From: Candidatus Thorarchaeota archaeon
Lineage (GTDB): Archaea; Asgardarchaeota; Thorarchaeia; Thorarchaeales; Thorarchaeaceae
Direction of reading: 5' to 3'
Length of the DNA stretch: 10,394 bases
Assembly (NCBI GenBank): GCA_048884785.1
Contig: JBHLQM010000078.1
Span: 1,836 to 12,229, forward strand
The notes beneath the pieces are model-generated. The model ran no database searches. It saw only the letters and a program-made list of their open reading frames with translations, and was not told where the DNA came from. Within the stretch, counting starts at the first letter, position 1, and each line of letters opens with the position of its first letter. Below, piece by piece: positions 1 through 6,747 of this stretch. The position numbers and the translations under genes are program-made.

Positions 1-48
1 GGGACGACAAAGTAAAATGTGAATCGGATTCTCAAATGGTGACATGCA

Positions 49-825
49 ATGAAGAAACTGCTCGTGACACTGACGCCTTCCGAGAGCAAGAGGCTTATTG
101 CCAGAGGCATGCTCGCACTTGAAGAGGTTCAAACTGCTCTCAAAGAAGGTTACCTGTGCATAACATTAGGCACAACATCCAGCTATCTAGTGGAGGAGAT
201 TCTTGGAGAGTATGATAAAACAAAACACATTGCAGGCCTGATTATTGACAAGGGGCTTTCAGTCACCAAGAGAGATCAACGGGCATTTGACGCGATATTC
301 TATAAAGGGGAATACCAAGAACGAAAGAAGGTTATCGATGTCCTCAAAGAGATGGGACCTAATGATGTTATAATCAAAAGTGCAAATGCCCTCGATTCGA
401 ATATGACACCATTGGTCCTGCTTGCAAGTGAAACTGGTGGAACTGTTGGATCTTTTCTTGGTGTTGCAGCTGCAAGGAATATCATAGTTATCATGCCTGT
501 GGGATTGGAAAAGTGTATTCCAACAGAATATGAGGAGATGGCCGGAAGATTTGGAATGCATGATTGGGACTATTCCATCGGAACCCCTGTTGGCATTATA
601 GCTGTTCCAGAGGGAATACCATTTACTGAGATAGAAGCACTTGAAGCACTATTCGAGGTTGAGGTCATCCCAATTGCGGCCGGAGGAATAAATGGGGGAG
701 AAGGATCGGTCACATTCTTCATTGAAGGATATGATGATGATATTGAACACGCCTACGAGTTTCTACTGAGCCTCAAGGGAGAACCGCCATTCCCCAAAGT
801 TGAACATGTCGTGAAAGATAGTTAG
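49..825 (+). CDS. Conserved hypothetical protein, probable NagB/RpiA/CoA-transferase-like (ISOCOT) fold
   Basis: 258-aa ORF with GGTGA RBS at 38-42 and enzyme-like alpha/beta patterning. Motifs LGTTS, DVIIKSANALD, GGTVG and IVIMPVGLEK occur in the same order as RpiA GTGST, DGADEVD, GGGG and VIVDESK. The coding status is well supported; the fold is inference. Confidence 0.75.
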   Translation: MKKLLVTLTPSESKRLIARGMLALEEVQTALKEGYLCITLGTTSSYLVEEILGEYDKTKHIAGLIIDKGLSVTKRDQRAFDAIFYKGEYQERKKVIDVLKEMGPNDVIIKSANALDSNMTPLVLLASETGGTVGSFLGVAAARNIIVIMPVGLEKCIPTEYEEMAGRFGMHDWDYSIGTPVGIIAVPEGIPFTEIEALEALFEVEVIPIAAGGINGGEGSVTFFIEGYDDDIEHAYEFLLSLKGEPPFPKVEHVVKDS

Positions 826-829
826 GTGG

Positions 830-1618
830 ATGATTTCGCCAATGACCCAGAACCCAGTAATACAAACAGAGTGCCTGACCAAAATCTTCGAGAAGGGAAA
901 GAAACATGAAGTCATTGCACTCAATTGCGTGAATCTCGAGATAGGACGAGGAGAGGTGTTTGGACTCATCGGAGCAAATGGAGCTGGAAAAACAACTCTA
1001 ATTCGTCTATTGGTCGGTCTTCTAACTCCAACCGAGGGAAAAGGAGCGGTTTTGGGCAAGGATATTGTGGCGGATAGGGACTATATCCGTCAGAGAGTGG
1101 CATTATTGCCCCAGGAGGCAGGTATCTATGAAAGACTTACGGCGCGGGAGAATTTGATCTACTATGGAGGGCTTTACGGCATCTCCCAGGAAGTCCTCGA
1201 TAAACGTGCTGATAGGCTACTTGAGATAGTGGGGCTCAGAGAAAAGGAGGATTACCAAGTAAAGGGATTCAGTGGCGGGATGAAGAGGAAAGTACTCGTT
1301 GCAAGGACGCTTATCATTGAACCAGAGATAGTGTTTCTTGATGAGCCAACGACTGGGATAGATACCCTTGGGGCACGCGTCGTCAGGAATATGATAAAGC
1401 GACTTAGTTCTGAGGAAAATCGCACTATCATTCTCACCACACATGACCTCCACGAAGTATCTGAACTCTGCGACAGAGTAGGAATACTGAATGAAGGACG
1501 GCTAGTAGCTATTGGCAAACCCACGGAATTGGAACAGAAGTTTAAGGCCGCGAACCTTGAAGATGTCTTCACAGGGCTAGTAACTGGTGAAGGAGTATAC
1601 GGCGATGAGGTGATATGA
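830..1618 (+). CDS. ABC exporter ATP-binding subunit (ABC-2/NatA/CcmA-like)
   Basis: Walker A GANGAGKTT, Q-loop LPQ, signature FSGGMKRK, Walker B/D-loop IVFLDEPTTGID, H-loop TTH. The true start may be ATG 842, because AGGTGG at 824-829 abuts ATG 830. Confidence 0.96.
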   Translation: MISPMTQNPVIQTECLTKIFEKGKKHEVIALNCVNLEIGRGEVFGLIGANGAGKTTLIRLLVGLLTPTEGKGAVLGKDIVADRDYIRQRVALLPQEAGIYERLTARENLIYYGGLYGISQEVLDKRADRLLEIVGLREKEDYQVKGFSGGMKRKVLVARTLIIEPEIVFLDEPTTGIDTLGARVVRNMIKRLSSEENRTIILTTHDLHEVSELCDRVGILNEGRLVAIGKPTELEQKFKAANLEDVFTGLVTGEGVYGDEVI

Positions 1619-2817
1619 TGAAGCTCAGGTTGGATGTAAAGACCATCTGGATGCTCAAGAAGGAAATTAAGGAAGTACTACGTTCAAGGTGGCTTCTCGT
1701 GGGCTTCATGATTAGTCCATTATTTGCATGGGTATTCGAAGGATTCTTTCTATCATTCATTGTCACGCAGACTGTTGAGGAGGCAGAACTGGTCTACATA
1801 ACAAATGAAGACGGAGGCGTTTGGGGGAACACACTCTATAATAACATAGAGGGCTTCAAAGAGGACCTCAAGATAAGTGAGCTAGTGGACGTCAGTAGGC
1901 AACAAGGAGAAACCATGGTCACATACAAGAACCTCACCATCTGGGTGTATATACCGGCAAACTTCACACAGGATTTGGAGGATCTGAATCAAACACGTTT
2001 GATAATATGGGTGAACTCAGCGAGTATTAGAGCATCGACCACTGCGAGTTTCATAAGAGAATTCTCCCTACAAGTAATCAATGCACAGATTACAATTAGA
2101 GACCTCCAAGTTGATACATATACAATCGCGCCTGAGGCAACATTTGGACATCAGCTTGCGATATTTTTGGTCATGATTACATCAGTACTGGCTCCATCCC
2201 CCTATGTCAGCAAGTCCTTTGCAGGAGAACGTGAGAGGCATACACTTGAGGCACTCCTGGTGGTACCTATGAGCAGACTCAAGATTCTTGGCTCAAAGGT
2301 TGTCGCAGGAATTCTCCTGACGATGATCTATTCGTTCTTCACGGTTGTAGGGATTCTCTTCTATAATTGGTGGATAACCATACGTGCGGTTGTTCTCCCC
2401 CTGGAGGCCAGAGAATTCTATACAAATCTCTATACTGTGAATCAGGCTACGATTCCTCTGATATTCTTCTGCCAGTTTCTCGTTCTGCTATGTGCGATTG
2501 GTATAGGTATAGTCATCTCCACATTAGCCAAGGACCAAGCAAGCTCAGAATCAATAAACAACCTAGTGTTGTTGGTTCCAACATTTGTCGTGGGTATTCT
2601 TGGTTTTGCAGGTAGTATTACGCAGTATGGAGGCGCATTTGGCCTCTTTGTGCTTGCGATTCCATTTACTCATGCCATAATCATCCTGAATGGAGTGCTT
2701 TCTGGTGTTGCAACTCCACTTAGTATTCTTGGCAATATACTCTATCTCATAATCTTCACACTGGTGTTCCTAGTTATCGGAGCAAAACTATTCGAGCGAG
2801 AGGCAATAATATCATAG
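1615..2817 (+). CDS. ABC-2 type exporter permease (NatB-like)
   Basis: N-terminal KKEIKEVLR plus TM helix, about 130-aa extracytoplasmic domain, then several TM helices with the ABC-2 motif FAGERERHTLEALLVVPMSRLKILGSK and late IPFTHA. RBS GAGGTGAT at 1607-1614. The start (1615 or 1618) overlaps the ATPase stop (ATGATG). Confidence 0.93.
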   Translation: MMKLRLDVKTIWMLKKEIKEVLRSRWLLVGFMISPLFAWVFEGFFLSFIVTQTVEEAELVYITNEDGGVWGNTLYNNIEGFKEDLKISELVDVSRQQGETMVTYKNLTIWVYIPANFTQDLEDLNQTRLIIWVNSASIRASTTASFIREFSLQVINAQITIRDLQVDTYTIAPEATFGHQLAIFLVMITSVLAPSPYVSKSFAGERERHTLEALLVVPMSRLKILGSKVVAGILLTMIYSFFTVVGILFYNWWITIRAVVLPLEAREFYTNLYTVNQATIPLIFFCQFLVLLCAIGIGIVISTLAKDQASSESINNLVLLVPTFVVGILGFAGSITQYGGAFGLFVLAIPFTHAIIILNGVLSGVATPLSILGNILYLIIFTLVFLVIGAKLFEREAIIS

Positions 2818-2829
2818 AACGGAGGAATC

Positions 2830-4227
2830 CTATTTGATGGGCCACTTTGGCTCAATCACTACTCCAGACCTTTCCATGAGATCCTTGCTATGTTCAATTG
2901 CCTCCTTTCGCACCTTTTCTTCATTTATTGTTAGGAGTTTCTTGTGCTGCATGAGAAGTCGTCCGTTGACCATCACTGTATCAACATAGAGTCCATTTCC
3001 TGCATAAACGAGATTGGATACTGGATTAGTGTTGGGTATCAGCCCTAATTCGGACATATCGATGATGATTAGATCAGCCAATTTTCCGACCTCAATAGTC
3101 CCGACCTTTTCATCAATCCCCATCGCTACAGCGCCACCCAAGGTTGCCATCTCTATGACCTGTTCGGCACTGACAACTAGAGGGTCCTTGGTGTAGGGCT
3201 TATGTACAAGGGCAGCAACTCTCATTTCTCGAACCATGTCATAGGTATTATTGCTAGGTCCACCATCACATCCCAAAGAAACCTGCACATTCTTCTCGAG
3301 CATCTTTGGAATCTTGGCAAATCCTGAAGCGAGCTTTGCGTTGCTGGATGGACAATGCGATATGTTGCTCTTTGTCGCAGCAAGCTTATCCAGTTCCTCA
3401 TCCTCGAAATGAATCCCATGTGCAAAAACCATGTCCGAGCCTAGAAGACCCATATCTTCTGCGAATGATGTTAAATTGCGGTAGCCGTTATCCTTTACGT
3501 AACGAACATCATCGATAACCTCTCCAAGATGCATAGTCATTCCGGTCTTCTTGCTTCGCGCTAGCTTTGCTACTTCTCTGAACAAGTCGTGACTCACAGC
3601 ACCAAGGGAGCGCAATCCATACCAGACCTGAATCCTGCCATCGGCGGTGCCATGCCATTTTCGATGCATCTCATCTGTTTCTCTAAGGCAATCATCTGCA
3701 TTCTCAATCATGCCCTGATACATTATGTCAGGATTATCAGCATAGCCAGTGGAGTCCATGATTATTTTTGAGAGCGCTGCACGCATTCCGCTTTTCTCAA
3801 CTGATTTGGCAATACCATTGAATCCATACCGAGTGTGAATCATACAATCAATGAAGGAGGTTGTACCGGTTCTAATCATTTCAGCCATACACAGCTCAGC
3901 AGAAACACGACCGTCATCCTCTGTGAAGTTTCCTTGCAGTACCCAGACATAGTTCTTCAGCCAATCTACGAGTGCAACATCATCAGCGCACCCTCTAATC
4001 AACGCCTGGGACAGATGAACATGCGTATCGATAAGGCCAGGCATAACAATTCCATCATGTGCATCTATGACCTGTTCAGCTTTATGTCCAAGTAAATCCG
4101 GCGTTTTCCCAATGTCAATAATCTGGTCCCCTTCAATATAGACAGCCCCATTGCGAATGATATCGCGGTCTTGATTGAGGGTAAGGATATACCCATTCTT
4201 CACCAGGATGCTTCTCGGATTGGCCAT
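2830..4227 (-). CDS. Metal-dependent amidohydrolase/deaminase, COG0402 (SsnA/AtzA/MtaD/guanine deaminase) family
   Basis: PGLIDTHVH (HxH), MHLGE (HxxE), FAHGIH, HCPSSNAKL, LGCDG..SNN, ATLGGA, GTIEVGKLADL. Start moved from the ORF track's TTG 4293 to ATG 4227 (465 aa), which has GGAGGA 6 nt upstream (4234-4239) and precedes the family's first strand (ILVKNG). Confidence 0.93.
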   Translation of the reverse strand: MANPRSILVKNGYILTLNQDRDIIRNGAVYIEGDQIIDIGKTPDLLGHKAEQVIDAHDGIVMPGLIDTHVHLSQALIRGCADDVALVDWLKNYVWVLQGNFTEDDGRVSAELCMAEMIRTGTTSFIDCMIHTRYGFNGIAKSVEKSGMRAALSKIIMDSTGYADNPDIMYQGMIENADDCLRETDEMHRKWHGTADGRIQVWYGLRSLGAVSHDLFREVAKLARSKKTGMTMHLGEVIDDVRYVKDNGYRNLTSFAEDMGLLGSDMVFAHGIHFEDEELDKLAATKSNISHCPSSNAKLASGFAKIPKMLEKNVQVSLGCDGGPSNNTYDMVREMRVAALVHKPYTKDPLVVSAEQVIEMATLGGAVAMGIDEKVGTIEVGKLADLIIIDMSELGLIPNTNPVSNLVYAGNGLYVDTVMVNGRLLMQHKKLLTINEEKVRKEAIEHSKDLMERSGVVIEPKWPIK

Positions 4228-4293
4228 AGATTGTCCTCCAACTCGCAGTTGCTTTCTAACATGTAAATCATAATAGTTGTGGTTTACCGACAA

Positions 4294-6093
4294 TTATTCT
4301 GCAACTCGAAAGGTAATTGTAACCTCAAGTCCTTCACCAGGAATTCCTGGAACTCTGTCTAGAACCTTCAATCGAGCGTCATATTTGCTTGCAAGCCGCC
4401 GCACCAGATGAATTCCAACTCCACTGGATCTCCGAGTGGGGTCAAATAGCTGGGCCTTTTTCTTGGCATCGAGCCCGGGTCCGTTATCCGAGATGCGTAC
4501 TGTGAAGAAGTCAGACTCTTGTTGCCCATCTATCCATATCTTCCTCTCTTCACGAGTATTGTGCTTCACGCTATTCTCCATTATATTCCAAAATAGATGC
4601 CCAAGTGCCCGATCGGCTCTGACTCTTAATTCATGAGGAATTCCCTTAACCTCTGGAACAACACCAAATTGTCCTGAAAAGAGACGCACTTGTGTCTGCA
4701 GTATGTATGCCAAGTCAGTGATTACTAGGGGCTCGCTCTTTGATTCTTCCGCTCTTCGAACATTGCTTATCAGTTCAATACAACGGCTCGCCCCATCAAG
4801 GACGTACCGCCGAGCATTATCGATTTGCTCACCAGTGGATTCCCTGTCTAGAAGGTCAGCACCAGCAAGAATGAGTTGAAGCTGATTTCCTATGTCATGC
4901 AGTAGAAGATCTAGAAGGAACCGAGACTCGGCCTCGGCTCGTTTCAACTCTGATACATCTGTAAAGACTGAAAAACTTCCAAGATACTCACCTGAGGAAT
5001 CAAACCAAGGGCTGGCGTGAACAATTGCAGGGATGATTTCTCCAGACCTGTGAGTCAGATTAACCTCATAATGGTCTGCAGTTCCCTCCTTTCGTGCAGC
5101 GGTCTTCGCCTCAACTTCTGTGATTGTCCAGCCCTGGATCCATTGTATGATTGGCTTGCCAACCAGGTCAGTCGGAGATGGGTATCCAATCATATCACAA
5201 AGCGCTTGATTGGCCATGATACATATACCACTCTCATTATCAACACAGAGTCCGGAGTCCATTGTTTCAAGGAGCGTTCTATACTGATGTTCGCTCTCTT
5301 CAAGGGCCTTTTTCTGATTCAGTTCATCAGTTATGTCGATAACCTGTGCAACTGTTTTTCTCGACTTATCTGCGCCCGTCATTAGACTAGCACTTACTTT
5401 CAAGTTTCTGATAGAGTTATCAGCTCTTATTATGCTGATTGAATACTCAGGGGGCATTTTCTCGCCTTTTTGTCGTCGAACATATCTATCAGCAACGAGT
5501 TGCAGACTCTCTTCTGCAATGAATGCTCTGAAATCGCTTCCCTGCAATTCTCCTCTTGTTCGGCCAATTATTTCGCAGACACGGTCGTTCACATATTCTA
5601 TCTTAAACTGATCATCAACTATCAGAATTCCGACGAAGCTTGAATGGTCAAGAATGAAGGAGAAGAGTCCTTCCTGCTGTCTTATTCGTTCCTCAATGGC
5701 AATTCGTCTCGTCATGTCTGTCGAATAGGATGTATAACCAACTGGAACTCCCTTCTCTATAATTAGCCTGGCGGTAGTTTCAGTAGGAATTTCCACACCA
5801 TCTCTTCTTCTAACCCGAATGCCCATTGAGATAGGTTCGGTGCCTTCCTTCAGTCTTTTCAAGCCCTCTGAAACCGCTCGTATCTGCGATGGTGAAACAA
5901 TATCCTTCAGACACAAGCCAGATTCAATATCCTTCTCGGTCATTTGCAGTAAGTCTAGGGCAAACTTGTTCGCAAAAACAATGCAATTATCTAAATCAAT
6001 CTCAAGAATTCCAATTGGTATAGATTGGACAGCGTTCCTGAAATCATCATCGGTATGTTTCAGTAGATTGGGAGGGGTGGATTTTTTGTTCAT
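4294..6093 (-). CDS. Cytoplasmic PAS-domain (3x PAS/PAC) sensor histidine kinase
   Basis: Three PAS/PAC repeats ending DMT, DIT and DVS. H-box LLHDIGNQL, N-box NIMENSVKH, G1 ISDNGPGL, F-box LFDP, G2 SGVGI. No transmembrane segment and no receiver domain. Confidence 0.93.
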   Translation of the reverse strand: MNKKSTPPNLLKHTDDDFRNAVQSIPIGILEIDLDNCIVFANKFALDLLQMTEKDIESGLCLKDIVSPSQIRAVSEGLKRLKEGTEPISMGIRVRRRDGVEIPTETTARLIIEKGVPVGYTSYSTDMTRRIAIEERIRQQEGLFSFILDHSSFVGILIVDDQFKIEYVNDRVCEIIGRTRGELQGSDFRAFIAEESLQLVADRYVRRQKGEKMPPEYSISIIRADNSIRNLKVSASLMTGADKSRKTVAQVIDITDELNQKKALEESEHQYRTLLETMDSGLCVDNESGICIMANQALCDMIGYPSPTDLVGKPIIQWIQGWTITEVEAKTAARKEGTADHYEVNLTHRSGEIIPAIVHASPWFDSSGEYLGSFSVFTDVSELKRAEAESRFLLDLLLHDIGNQLQLILAGADLLDRESTGEQIDNARRYVLDGASRCIELISNVRRAEESKSEPLVITDLAYILQTQVRLFSGQFGVVPEVKGIPHELRVRADRALGHLFWNIMENSVKHNTREERKIWIDGQQESDFFTVRISDNGPGLDAKKKAQLFDPTRRSSGVGIHLVRRLASKYDARLKVLDRVPGIPGEGLEVTITFRVAE

Positions 6094-6159
6094 GTCTTTG
6101 CCAACGTAGTAGTTTTGTTCCTACCTTCCTTTCATGCCGCTTCACTTCTTGAAAATCCT

Positions 6160-6210
6160 ATCATTAATTCTTTGCTATGACAGAACTGCTCATACAACAA
6201 ATTAAAGTAG
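6160..6210. promoter_or_regulatory. Putative divergent archaeal promoters (kinase leftward, Fe-S/AOR rightward) with an intervening inverted repeat
   Basis: 170-nt divergent intergenic region 6094-6263. ATTAAT at 6163-6168 (minus, preceded by purine-rich AAAGA) and ATTAAA at 6201-6206 (plus, preceded by CAACAA). TATGA-N9-TCATA at 6176-6194 lies between them. Confidence 0.4.
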
Positions 6211-6263
6211 ATACTTGACATCCTCCATATTCCATCCACAGACTGATTGAAGGAGTAATTGAT

Positions 6264-6746
6264 TTGGACCACATCCTAGCTATTGACTACGATAAATGCA
6301 CAGGTTGCCGCAGCTGTGAAATGGCTTGTTCTATAGCCCATGAGAAGACATTCAATCCCGCGCGTGGAAGAATCCAAGTGGTCAAACAAGAAAGGGAGAA
6401 TATTATAGCACCAATTGTCTGCCTTCAGTGCGATTCTCCGCTCTGTCAAGATGCATGTCCCAACGGGGCAATTGTAAGAAACGAGCTGGGAGTTCTCTAT
6501 GTCGAGAGGGAAACCTGTGTGGGATGCATGAATTGTACAACCGCCTGCATCTATGGAGGCATTGCAATTGACCCAATAACAAGGAAAGCTATCAAATGCG
6601 ACCTATGCTTGGGTGATCCCAAATGCGTTGGTGCATGCGAATATGGGGCAATTAGCTACCTTGCGAAGGAAGAAGGAATCCAGGAAAGACATGTTGGTGT
6701 GAAAGGCGTGATAGAAATCAAAAGCCCATCCAAGGGAGGAATATGA
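6264..6746 (+). CDS. 4x[4Fe-4S] electron-transfer subunit (DmsB/HycB/AorA-like), small subunit of the adjacent oxidoreductase
   Basis: 16 Cys in four motifs: CTGCRSCEMAC, CLQCDSPLCQDAC, CVGCMNCTTAC, KCDLCLGDPKCVGAC. TTG start with AGGAG RBS at 6251-6255. Ends 1 nt before the AOR start. Confidence 0.95.
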   Translation: MDHILAIDYDKCTGCRSCEMACSIAHEKTFNPARGRIQVVKQERENIIAPIVCLQCDSPLCQDACPNGAIVRNELGVLYVERETCVGCMNCTTACIYGGIAIDPITRKAIKCDLCLGDPKCVGACEYGAISYLAKEEGIQERHVGVKGVIEIKSPSKGGI

Positions 6747-6747
6747 A

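Noticed and set aside
4228-4293. 22-codon N-terminal extension of the amidohydrolase from TTG 4293
   Set aside because: ATG 4227 has a strong GGAGGA RBS and matches the family N-terminus. The extension looks like AT-rich intergenic or promoter sequence.
5197-5247. Evenly spaced Cys283/291/299 in PAS3 as a metal or Fe-S site
   Set aside because: They occupy ordinary hydrophobic PAS positions (LCDMIGY is a common pattern) and form no CxxC motif.
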